Below, in pieces: positions 15,101-28,771 of a DNA stretch of 64,000 bases. Position 1 is the stretch's first letter; every line of letters starts with the position of its first letter. The translations under genes were made by a program, and so were the position numbers. Origin of the DNA: the human T2T-CHM13v2.0 reference genome, Homo sapiens; NCBI RefSeq assembly GCF_009914755.1, contig NC_060939.1. One strand, written 5' to 3'. Under the pieces are notes generated by a model. The model saw only the letters and a program-made list of their open reading frames with translations. It had not been told where the DNA came from and ran no database searches.

Positions 15101-18100
15101 ATTTCACTCCATTCGATTCCATTCCACTCGATTCCACTTTGTTCCATTTCATTGCATTCCATTCTATTCAACTCTATTGCCTTCCATTCCATTCCATTCG
15201 ATTACATTCCATGCGATTCCATTCGAAATCGAATCAATTACATTGCAATCCATTACTATTGAGTCCGTTTTATTCCAGTCCACTGCATTCTGGTCCATTC
15301 CATTTGATTCCATTCCATTCTATTCCATTCCATACAGTTGCATTCCATTGGATTCCATTCTATATCTATAAATTCAATTCGAGACCATTGCTTTTGAGTC
15401 CATTCTATATGATTCCATTCCATTCAAGTCCATTACATTTGGTTCAATTCCATTCCATTCCATTCCCTTCCATTCCATTCCAGTTGATATCAATCCATTC
15501 GATTCCATTCCATTCGAGCACATTCCATTCGAGTCCATTCCATTCGATGCCATTCCATTTGATTCTATTCAATTAGTCTCCATTCAATTCCCTTAATCTC
15601 CATTCCATTCCATTCTACTCCAACTGATTCCATTCCATTCTATTCCTTTCCATTCCATTTCATTCCATTCCATTCCATTTCATTCCATTCCATTCCATTC
15701 GTGTCCATTCCACTCCAGTCCATTCCGTTCGTGTCCATTCCATTCCAGTCCATTCCATTTGTGTCCACTGCATTCCATTCCACTCCATTCCATATTATTC
15801 CATTACACTCCATTCCATTCTATTACTTTCATTTCCATTCAATTCCATTCCATTTGATTCCATTCCACTCGGTTTCATTCCATTTGAGTCCACTCCATTC
15901 CATTCCATTCCATTCCATTCAGTTCCATTCCATTCTGTTCCATTCCATTCCATTCCATTCGGTACCATTCCATATTGTTCCATTCGATTTCATTCGAATC
16001 CATTCCATTTCAGTCCTTTCCATTCGATTCCATTCCATTCATTTCAATTCCATTCCATTCCATTCCATTCCATTCAACTTGATTCCTCTCCATTCCCTTC
16101 CACTGCATTCCGTTCGATTCCATTCCATTGCATTGCATTCCATTCCATTGAATTGCATTCCATTCGATTCCATTCCATTCGAATCAATTACATAGCAATC
16201 CATTACATTCGAGTCTATTCTCTTCCGTTCCATTCGATTTCGTTCCAATCCATTCGATTCCATTCCATTCGATTCCATTCCATACTATTGCATTCCATTC
16301 GATTACATTATATTCGAATAAGTTCCATTCAAGACCATTTCTTTTGAGTCCATTCTATTTGAGTCCATTCCCTTTGATTCCATAACATTTGAGTCCATTC
16401 AATTCCATTCCTTTCGTTTCCATTCCATTTGATGCCATTCCATTCAATTCTGTTCTACTCGACTCCAATACATTCAATTCCATTCCATCCGATTCCATTA
16501 CATTCTTTTCATTTCTTATCCATTTCAAGCCATTCCACTCCATTCCATTCCACTCGTTTCCTTTCCATTCGAGTCCATTCCTCTCCAGTCCATTCCGTTC
16601 AATCCATTCCATTCCAGTCCATTCCATTCGAGTCCGTTCCATTCCAGTCCATTCCATTCGAGTCAATTCCATTCCATTCGATGTCTTTCCATAACGATCC
16701 ATTGCATTCTATTCCTTTCGATTCCATTCCATTCTATTTCATTCCATTCGATTCCCTTCCATTGGACTCCTTTCCATTCGAGTGCATTCCATTCCGTTCC
16801 ATTTCTTTCCGTTCTGTACGATTCCTACCGTTCGATTTCATTTTGTTCCAGTCCATTCCTTTCGCGTCCATTCCATTCCATTTCACTCCATTCGATTCCA
16901 TTCCACTCGATTCCACTTTGTTCCATTTCATTGCATTCCATTCTATTCAACTCTATTGCCTTCCATTCCATTCCATTCGATTACATTCCATGCGATTCCA
17001 TTCGAAATCGAATCAATTACATTGCAATCCATTACTATTGAGTCCGTTTTATTCCAGTCCACTGCATTCTGGTCCATTCCATTTGATTCCATTCCATTCT
17101 ATTCCATTCCATACAGTTGCATTCCATTGGATTCCATTCTATATCTATAAATTCAATTCGAGACCATTGCTTTTGAGTCCATTCTATATGATTCCATTCC
17201 ATTCAAGTCCATTACATTTGGTTCAATTCCATTCCATTCCATTCCCTTCCATTCCATTCCATTTGATATCAATCCATTCGATTCCATTCCATTCGAGCAC
17301 ATTCCATTCGAGTCCATTCCATTCGATGCCATTCCATTTGATTCTATTCCATTAGTCTCCATTCAATTCCATTAATCTCCATTCCATTCCATTCTACTCC
17401 AACTGATTCCATTCCATTCTATTCCTTTCCATTCCATTTCATTCCATTCCATTCCATTTCATTCCATTCCATTCCATTCGTATCCATTCCACTCCAGTCC
17501 ATTCCATTCGTGTCCATTCCATTCCAGTCCATTCCATTTGTGTCCACTGCATTCCATTCCACTCCATTCCATATTATTCCATTACACTCCATTCCATTCT
17601 ATTACTTTCATTTCCATTCAATTCCATTCCATTTGATTCCATTCCACTCGGTTTCATTCCATTTGAGTCCACTCCATTCCATTCCATTCCATTCAGTTCC
17701 ATTACATTCCATTCCATTCGGTACCATTCCATATTGTTCCATTCGATTCCATTCGAATCCATTCCATTCCAGTCCATTCCATTCGATTCCATTCCATTCA
17801 TTTCAATTCCATTCCATTCCATTCCATTACATTCCACTTGATTCCTCTCCATTCCCTTCCACTGCATTCCGTTCGATTCCATTCCATTGCATTGCACTCC
17901 ATTCCATTGGATTGCATTCCATTCGATTCCATTCCATTCGAATCAATTACATAGCAATCCATTACATTCGAGTCTATTCTATTCCGTTCCATTCGATTTT
18001 GTTCCAATCCATTCGATTCCATTCCATTCGATTCCATTCCATACTATTGCATTCCATTCGATTACATTATATTCGAATAAGTTCCATTCAAGACCATTTC

Positions 18101-21100
18101 TTTTGAGTCCATTCTATTTGAGTCCATTCCCTTTGATTCCATAACATTTGAGTCCATTCAATTCCATTCCTTTCGTTTCCATTCCATTTGATGCCATTCC
18201 ATTCAATTCTGTTCTACTCGACTCCAATACATTCAATTCCATTCCATCCGATTCCATTACATTCTTTTCATTTCTTATCCATTTCAAGCCATTCCACTCC
18301 ATTCCATTCCACTCGTTTCCTTTCCATTCGAGTCCATTCCTCTCCAGTCCATTCCGTTCAATCCATTCCATTCCAGTCCATTCCATTCGAGTCCGTTCCA
18401 TTCCAGTCCATTCCATTCGAGTCAATTCCATTCCATTCGATGTCTTTCCATAACGATCCATTCCATTCTATTCCTTTCGATTCCATTCCATTCTATTTCA
18501 TTCCATTCGATTCCCTTCCATTAGACTCCTTTCCATTCGAGTGCATTCCATTCCTTTCCATTTCTTTCCGTTCTGTACGATTCCTACCGTTCTATTTCAT
18601 TTTGTTCCAGTCCATTCCTTTCGCGTCCATTCCATTCCATTTCACTCCATTCGATTCCATTCCACTCGATTCCACTTCGTTCCATTTCATTGCATTCCAT
18701 TCTATTCAACTCTATTGCCTTCCATTCCATTCCATTCGATTACATTCCATGCGATTCCATTCGAAATCGAATCAATTACATTGCAATCCATTACAATTGA
18801 GTCCGTTTTATTCCAGTCCACTGTATTCTGGTCCATTCCATTTGATTCCATTCCATTCTATTCCATTCCATACAGTTGCATTCCTTTGGATTCCATGCTA
18901 TATATATAAATTCAATTCGAGACCATTGCTTTTGAGTCCATTCTATATGATTCCATTCCATTCAAGTCCATTACATTTGGTTCAATTCCATTCCATTCCA
19001 TTCCCTTCCATTCCATTCCAGTTGATATCAATCCATTCGATTCCATTCCATTCGAGCACATTCCATTCGAGTCCATTCCATTCGATGCCATTCCATTTGA
19101 TTCTATTCCATTAGTCTCCATTCAATTCCATTAATCTCCATTCCATTCCATTCTACTCCAACTGATTCCATTCCATTCTATTCCTTTCCATTCCATTTCA
19201 TTCCATTCCATTCCATTTCATTCCATTCCATTCCATTCGCTTCCATTCCATTCGTGTCCATTCCACTCCAGTCCATTCCATTCGTGTCCATTCCATTCCA
19301 GTCCATTCCATTTGTGTCCACTGCATTCCATTCCACTCCATTCCATATTATTCTATTACACTCCCTTCCATTCTATTACTTTCATTTCCATTCAATTCCA
19401 TTCCATTTGATTCCATTCCACTCGGTTTCATTCCATTTGAGTCCACTCCATTCCATTCCATTCCATTCCATTCAGTTCCATTCCATTCCGTTCCATTGCA
19501 TTCCATTCCATTCGGTACCATTCCATATTGTTCCATTCAATTCCATTCGAATCCATTCCATTCCAATCCATTCCATTCCATTCCATTCCATTCCATTCCT
19601 TTCAATTCCATTCCATTCCATTCCATTCCACTTGATTCCACTTCATTCCCTTCCACTGCATTCCATTCGATTCCATTCCATTGCATTGCATTCCATTCCA
19701 TTGGACTGCATTCCATTCGATTCCATTCCATGCGAATCAATTACATAGCAATCCATTACATTCGAGTCTATTCTATTCCGTTCCATTCGATTTCGTTCCA
19801 ATCCATTCGATTCCATTCCATTCGATTCCATTCCATACTATTGCATTCCATTCTATTACATTATATTCGAATAAGTTCCATTCAAGACCATTTCTTTTGA
19901 GTCCAATCTATTTGAGTCCATTCCCTTTGATTCCATAACATTTGAGTCCATTCAATTCCATTCCTTTCGTTTCCATTCCATTTGATGCCATTCCATTCAA
20001 TTCTGTTCTACTCGACTCCAATACATTCAATTCCATTCCATCCGATTCCATTACATTCTTTTCATTTCTTATCCATTTCAAGCCATTCCACTCCATTCCA
20101 TTCCACTCGTTTCCTTTCCATTCGAGTCCATTCCTCTCCAGTCCATTCCGTTCAATCCATTCCATTCCAGTCCATTCCATTCGAGTCCGTTCCATTCCAG
20201 ACCATTCCATTCGAGTCAATTCCATTCCATTCGATGTCTTTCCATAACGATCCATTCCATTCTATTCCTTTCGATTCCATTCCATTCTATTTCATTCCAT
20301 TCGATTCCCTTCCATTGGACTCCTTTCCATTCGAGTGCATTCCATTCCGTTCCATTTCTTTCCGTTCTGTACGATTCCTACCGTTCGATTTCATTTTGTT
20401 CCAGTCCATTCCTTTCGCGTCCATTCCATTCCATTTCACTCCATTCGATTCCATTCCACTCGATTCCACTTCGTTCCATTTCATTGCATTCCATTCTATT
20501 CAACTCTATTGCCTTCCATTCCATTCCATTCGATTACATTCCATGCGATTCCATTCGAAATCGAATCAATTACATTGCAATCCATTACAATTGAGTCCGT
20601 TTTATTCCAGTCCACTGCATTCTGGTCCATTCCATTTGATTCCATTCCATTCTATTCCATTCCACACAGTTGCATTCCTTTGGATTCCATGCTATATATA
20701 TAAATTCAATTCGAGACCATTGCTTTTGAGTCCATTCTATATGATTCCATTCCATTCAAGTCCATTACATTTGGTTCAATTCCATTCCATTCCATTCCCT
20801 TCCATTCCATTCCAGTTGATATCAATCCATTCGATTCCATTCCATTCGAGCACATTCCATTCGAGTCCATTCCATTCGATGCCATTCCATTTGATTCTAT
20901 TCCATTAGTCTCCATTCAATTCCATTAATCTCCATTCCATTCCATTCTACTCCAACTGATTCCATTCCATTCTATTCCTTTCCATTCCATTTCATTCCAT
21001 TCCATTCCATTTCATTCCATTCCATTCCATTCGTGTCCATTCCACTCCAGTCCATTCCATTCATGTCCATTCCATTCCAGTCCATTCCATTTGTGTCCAC

Positions 21101-24100
21101 TGCATTCCATTCCACTCCATTCCATATTATTCCATTACACTCCATTCCATTCTATTACTTTCATTTCCATTCAATTCCATTCCATTTGATTCCATTCCAC
21201 TCGGTTTCATTCCATTTGAGTCCACTCCATTCCATTCCATTCCATTCAGTTCCATTACATTCCATTCCATTCGGTACCATTCCATATTGTTCCATTCGAT
21301 TCCATTCGAATCCATTCCATTCCAGTCCATTCCATTCGATTCCATTCCATTCATTTCAATTCCATTCCATTCCATTCCATTACATTCCACTTGATTCCTC
21401 TCCATTCCCTTCCACTGCATTCCGTTCGATTCCATTCCATTGCATTGCATTCCATTCCATTGGATTGCATTCCATTCGATTCCATTCCATTCGAATCAAT
21501 TACATAGCAATCCATTACATTCGAGTCTATTCTATTCCGTTCCATTCGATTTTGTTCCAATCCATTCGATTCCATTCCATTCGATTCCATTCCATACTAT
21601 TGCATTCCATTCGATTACATTATATTCGAATAAGTTCCATTCAAGACCATTTCTTTTGAGTCCATTCTATTTGAGTCCATTCCCTTTGATTCCATAACAT
21701 TTGAGTCCATTCAATTCCATTCCTTTCGTTTCCATTCCATTTGATGCCATTCCATTCAATTCTGTTCTACTCGACTCCAATACATTCAATTCCATTCCAT
21801 CCGATTCCATTACATTCTTTTCATTTCTTATCCATTTCAAGCCATTCCACTCCATTCCATTCCACTCGTTTCCTTTCCATTCGAGTCCATTCCTCTCCAG
21901 TCCATTCCGTTCAATCCATTCCATTCCAGTCCATTCCATTCGAGTCCGTTCCATTCCAGTCCATTCCATTCGAGTCAATTCCATTCCATTCGATGTCTTT
22001 CCATAACGATCCATTCCATTCTATTCCTTTCGATTCCATTCCATTCTATTTCATTCCATTCGATTCCCTTCCATTAGACTCCTTTCCATTCGAGTGCATT
22101 CCATTCCTTTCCATTTCTTTCCGTTCTGTACGATTCCTACCGTTCTATTTCATTTTGTTCCAGTCCATTCCTTTCGCGTCCATTCCATTCCATTTCACTC
22201 CATTCGATTCCATTCCACTCGATTCCACTTCGTTCCATTTCATTGCATTCCATTCTATTCAACTCTATTGCCTTCCATTCCATTCCATTCGATTACATTC
22301 CATGCGATTCCATTCGAAATCGAATCAATTACATTGCAATCCATTACAATTGAGTCCGTTTTATTCCAGTCCACTGTATTCTGGTCCATTCCATTTGATT
22401 CCATTCCATTCTATTCCATTCCATACAGTTGCATTCCTTTGGATTCCATGCTATATCTATAAATTCAATTCGAGACCATTGCTTTTGAGTCCATTCTATA
22501 TGATTCCATTCCATTCAAGTCCATTACATTTGGTTCAATTCCATTCCATTCCATTCCCTTCCATTCCATTCCAGTTGATATCAATCCATTCGATTCCATT
22601 CCATTCGAGCACATTCCATTCGAGTCCATTCCATTCGATGCCATTCCATTTGATTCTATTCCATTAGTCTCCATTCAATTCCATTAATCTCCATTCCATT
22701 CCATTCTACTCCAACTGATTCCATTCCATTCTATTCCTTTCCATTCCATTTCATTCCATTCCATTCCATTTCATTCCATTCCATTCCATTCGCTTCCATT
22801 CCATTCGTGTCCATTCCACTCCAGTCCATTCCATTCGTGTCCATTCCATTCCAGTCCATTCCATTTGTGTCCACTGCATTCCATTCCACTCCATTCCATA
22901 TTATTCTATTACACTCCCTTCCATTCTATTACTTTCATTTCCATTCAATTCCATTCCATTTGATTCCATTCCACTCGGTTTCATTCCATTTGAGTCCACT
23001 CCATTCCATTCCATTCCATTCCATTCAGTTCCATTCCATTCCGTTCCATTGCATTCCATTCCATTCGGTACCATTCCATATTGTTCCATTCAATTCCATT
23101 CGAATCCATTCCATTCCAATCCATTCCATTCCATTCCATTCCATTCCATTCCTTTCAATTCCATTCCATTCCATTCCATTCCACTTGATTCCACTTCATT
23201 CCCTTCCACTGCATTCCATTCGATTCCATTCCATTGCATTGCATTCCATTCCATTGGACTGCATTCCATTCGATTCCATTCCATGCGAATCAATTACATA
23301 GCAATCCATTACATTCGAGTCTATTCTATTCCGTTCCATTCGATTTCGTTCCAATCCATTCGATTCCATTCCATTCGATTCCATTCCATACTATTGCATT
23401 CCATTCTATTACATTATATTCGAATAAGTTCCATTCAAGACCATTTCTTTTGAGTCCAATCTATTTGAGTCCATTCCCTTTGATTCCATAACATTTGAGT
23501 CCATTCAATTCCATTCCTTTCGTTTCCATTCCATTTGATGCCATTCCATTCAATTCTGTTCTACTCGACTCCAATACATTCAATTCCATTCCATCCGATT
23601 CCATTACATTCTTTTCATTTCTTATCCATTTCAAGCCATTCCACTCCATTCCATTCCACTCGTTTCCTTTCCATTCGAGTCCATTCCTCTCCAGTCCATT
23701 CCGTTCAATCCATTCCATTCCAGTCCATTCCATTCGAGTCCGTTCCATTCCAGACCATTCCATTCGAGTCAATTCCATTCCATTCGATGTCTTTCCATAA
23801 CGATCCATTCCATTCTATTCCTTTCGATTCCATTCCATTCTATTTCATTCCATTCGATTCCCTTCCATTGGACTCCTTTCCATTCGAGTGCATTCCATTC
23901 CGTTCCATTTCTTTCCGTTCTGTACGATTCCTACCGTTCGATTTCATTTTGTTCCAGTCCATTCCTTTCGCGTCCATTCCATTCCATTTCACTCCATTCG
24001 ATTCCATTCCACTCGATTCCACTTCGTTCCATTTCATTGCATTCCATTCTATTCAACTCTATTGCCTTCCATTCCATTCCATTCGATTACATTCCATGCG

Positions 24101-27100
24101 ATTCCATTCGAAATCGAATCAATTACATTGCAATCCATTACAATTGAGTCCGTTTTATTCCAGTCCACTGCATTCTGGTCCATTCCATTTGATTCCATTC
24201 CATTCTATTCCATTCCATACAGTTGCATTCCTTTGGATTCCATGCTATATATATAAATTCAATTCGAGACCATTGCTTTTGAGTCCATTCTATATGATTC
24301 CATTCCATTCAAGTCCATTACATTTGGTTCAATTCCATTCCATTCCATTCCCTTCCATTCCATTCCAGTTGATATCAATCCATTCGATTCCATTCCATTC
24401 GAGCACATTCCATTCGAGTCCATTCCATTCGATGCCATTCCATTTGATTCTATTCCATTAGTCTCCATTCAATTCCATTAATCTCCATTCCATTCCATTC
24501 TACTCCAACTGATTCCATTCCATTCTATTCCTTTCCATTCCATTTCATTCCATTCCATTCCATTTCATTCCATTCCATTCCATTCGTGTCCATTCCACTC
24601 CAGTCCATTCCATTCATGTCCATTCCATTCCAGTCCATTCCATTTGTGTCCACTGCATTCCATTCCACTCCATTCCATATTATTCCATTACACTCCATTC
24701 CATTCTATTACTTTCATTTCCATTCAATTCCATTCCATTTGATTCCATTCCACTCGGTTTCATTCCATTTGAGTCCACTCCATTCCATTCCATTCCATTC
24801 AGTTCCATTACATTCCATTCCATTCGGTACCATTCCATATTGTTCCATTCGATTCCATTCGAATCCATTCCATTCCAGTCCATTCCATTCGATTCCATTC
24901 CATTCATTTCAATTCCATTCCATTCCATTCCATTACATTCGACTTGATTCCTCTCCATTCCCTTCCACTGCATTCCGTTCGATTCCATTCCATTGCATTG
25001 CATTCCATTCCATTGGATTGCATTCCATTCGATTCCATTCCATTCGAATCAATTACATAGCAATCCATTACATTCGAGTCTATTCTATTCCGTTCCATTC
25101 GATTTTGTTCCAATCCATTCGATTCCATTCCATTCGATTCCATTCCATACTATTGCATTCCATTCGATTACATTATATTCGAATAAGTTCCATTCAAGAC
25201 CATTTCTTTTGAGTCCATTCTATTTGAGTCCATTCCCTTTGATTCCATAACATTTGAGTCCATTCAATTCCATTCCTTTCGTTTCCATTCCATTTGATGC
25301 CATTCCATTCAATTCTGTTCTACTCGACTCCAATACATTCAATTCCATTCCATCCGATTCCATTACATTCTTTTCATTTCTTATCCATTTCAAGCCATTC
25401 CACTCCATTCCATTCCACTCGTTTCCTTTCCATTCGAGTCCATTCCTCTCCAGTCCATTCCGTTCAATCCATTCCATTCCAGTCCATTCCATTCGAGTCC
25501 GTTCCATTCCAGTCCATTCCATTCGAGTCAATTCCATTCCATTCGATGTCTTTCCATAACGATCCATTCCATTCTATTCCTTTCGATTCCATTCCATTCT
25601 ATTTCATTCCATTCGATTCCCTTCCATTGGACTCCTTTCCATTCGAGTGCATTCCATTCCGTTCCATTTCTTTCCGTTCTGTACGATTCCTACCGTTCGA
25701 TTTCATTTTGTTCCAGTCCATTCCTTTCGCGTCCATTCCATTCCATTTCACTCCATTCGATTCCATTCCACTCGATTCCACTTCGTTCCATTTCATTGCA
25801 TTCCATTCTATTCAACTCTATTGCCTTCCATTCCATTCCATTCGATTACATTCCATGCGATTCCATTCGAAATCGAATCAATTACATTGCAATCCATTAC
25901 AATTGAGTCCGTTTTATTCCAGTCCACTGCATTCTGGTCCATTCCATTTGATTCCATTCCATTCTATTCCATTCCATACAGTTGCATTCCTTTGGATTCC
26001 ATGCTATATCTATAAATTCAATTCGAGACCATTGCTTTTGAGTCCATTCTATATGATTCCATTCCATTCAAGTCCATTACATTTGGTTCAATTCCATTCC
26101 ATTCCATTCCCTTCCATTCCATTCCAGTTGATATCAATCCATTCGATTCCATTCCATTCGAGCACATTCCATTCGAGTCCATTCCATTCGATGCCATTCC
26201 ATTTGATTCTATACCATTAGTCTCCATTCAATTCCATTAATCTCCATTCCATTCCATTCTACTCCAACTGATTCCATTCCATTCTATTCCTTTCCATTCC
26301 ATTTCATTCCATTCCATTCCATTTCATTCCATTCCATTCCATTCGTGTCCATTCCACTCCAGTCCATTCCATTCGTGTCCATTCCATTCCAGTCCATTCC
26401 ATTTGTGTCCACTGCATTCCATTCCACTCCATTCCATATTATTCCATTACACTCCATTCCATTCTATTACTTTCATTTCCATTCAATTCCATTCCATTTG
26501 ATTCCATTCCACTCGGATTCATTCCATTTGAGTCCACTCCATTCCATTCCATTCCATTCAGTTCCATTACATTCCATTCCATTCGGTACCATTCCATATT
26601 GTTCCATTCGATTCCATTCGAATCCATTCCATTCCAGTCCATTCCATTCGATTCCATTCCATTCATTTCAATTCCATTCCATTCCATTCCATTACATTCG
26701 ACTTGATTCCTCTCCATTCCCTTCCACTGCATTCCGTTCGATTCCATTCCATTGCATTGCATTCCATTCCATTGGATTGCATTCCATTCGATTCCATTCC
26801 ATTCGAATCAATTACATAGCAATCCATTACATTCGAGTCTATTCTATTCCGTTCCATTCGATTTTGTTCCAATCCATTCGATTCCATTCCATTCGATTCC
26901 ATTCCATACTATTGCATTCCATTCGATTACATTATATTCGAATAAGTTCCATTCAAGACCATTTCTTTTGAGTCCATTCTATTTGAGTCCATTCCCTTTG
27001 ATTCCATAACATTTGAGTCCATTCAATTCCATTCCTTTCGTTTCCATTCCATTTGATGCCATTCCATTCAATTCTGTTCTACTCGACTCCAATACATTCA

Positions 27101-28771
27101 ATTCCATTCCATCCGATTCCATTACATTCTTTTCATTTCTTATCCATTTCAAGCCATTCCACTCCATTCCATTCCACTCGTTTCCTTTCCATTCGAGTCC
27201 ATTCCTCTCCAGTCCATTCCGTTCAATCCATTCCATTCCAGTCCATTCCATTCGAGTCCGTTCCATTCCAGTCCATTCCATTCGAGTCAATTCCATTCCA
27301 TTCGATGTCTTTCCATAACGATCCATTCCATTCTATTCCTTTCGATTCCATTCCATTCTATTTCATTCCATTCGATTCCCTTCCATTGGACTCCTTTCCA
27401 TTCGAGTGCATTCCATTCCGTTCCATTTCTTTCCGTTCTGTACGATTCCTACCGTTCGATTTCATTTTGTTCCAGTCCATTCCTTTCGCGTCCATTCCAT
27501 TCCATTTCACTCCATTCGATTCCATTCCACTCGATTCCACTTCGTTCCATTTCATTGCATTCCATTCTATTCAACTCTATTGCCTTCCATTCCATTCCAT
27601 TCGATTACATTCCATGCGATTCCATTCGAAATCGAATCAATTACATTGCAATCCATTACAATTGAGTCCGTTTTATTCCAGTCCACTGCATTCTGGTCCA
27701 TTCCATTTGATTCCATTCCATTCTATTCCATTCCATACAGTTGAATTCCTTTGGATTCCATGCTATATATATAAATTCAATTCGAGACCATTGCTTTTGA
27801 GTCCATTCTATATGATTCCATTCCATTCAAGTCCATTACATTTGGTTCAATTCCATTCCATTCCATTCCCTTCCATTCCATTCCAGTTGATATCAATCCA
27901 TTCGATTCCATTCCATTCGAGCACATTCCATTCGAGTCCATTCCATTCGATGCCATTCCATTTGATTCTATTCCATTAGTCTCCATTCAATTCCATTAAT
28001 CTCCATTCCATTCCATTCTACTCCAACTGATTCCATTCCATTCTATTCCTTTCCATTCCATTTCATTCCATTCCATTCCATTTCATTCCATTCCATTCCA
28101 TTCGTGTCCATTCCACTCCAGTCCATTCCATTCGTGTCCATTCCATTCCAGTCCATTCCATTTGTGTCCACTGCATTCCATTCCACTCCATTCCATATTA
28201 TTCCATTACACTCCATTCCATTCTATTACTTTCATTTCCATTCAATTCCATTCCATTTGATTCCATTCCACTCGGATTCATTCCATTTGAGTCCACTCCA
28301 TTCCATTCCATTCCATTCAGTTCCATTACATTCCATTCCATTCGGTACCATTCCATATTGTTCCATTCGATTCCATTCGAATCCATTCCATTCCAGTCCA
28401 TTCCATTCGATTCCATTCCATTCATTTCAATTCCATTCCATTCCATTCCATTATATTCGACTTGATTCCTCTCCATTCCCTTCCACTGCATTCCGTTCGA
28501 TTCCATTCCATTGCATTGCATTCCATTCCATTGGATTGCATTCCATTCGATTCCATTCCATTCGAATCAATTACATAGCAATCCATTACATTCGAGTCTA
28601 TTCTATTCCGTTCCATTCGATTTTGTTCCAATCCATTCGATTCCATTCCATTCGATTCCATTCCATACTATTGCATTCCATTCGATTACATTATATTCGA
28701 ATAAGTTCCATTCAAGACCATTTCTTTTGAGTCCATTCTATTTGAGTCCATTCCCTTTGATTCCATAACAT
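12187..28771 (+). repeat. Domain enriched in short (1759-bp) monomers carrying a 35-bp deletion upstream of the KpnI site
   Basis: Spacings of 1759 start at 12851, 16389, 19942, 23495, 25254 and 27013. The short form reads CAGTTCCATTACATT and lacks the CTGTT..CCGTT pentamers. It co-occurs with CGATTTTGTT, and most monomer heads in the domain carry TTACAATTGAG and CCTTTGGA. Confidence 0.85.
18148..25253 (+). repeat. Tandem duplication of a 3553-bp dimer (1794+1759)
   Basis: Private variants recur at exactly +3553: TTAGACTCC 18521/22074 and CAGACC 20198/23751, as do CACTGTATTC, CATGCGAATC, GAGTCCAATCTA and TCATGTCC. Boundaries are approximate. Confidence 0.92.
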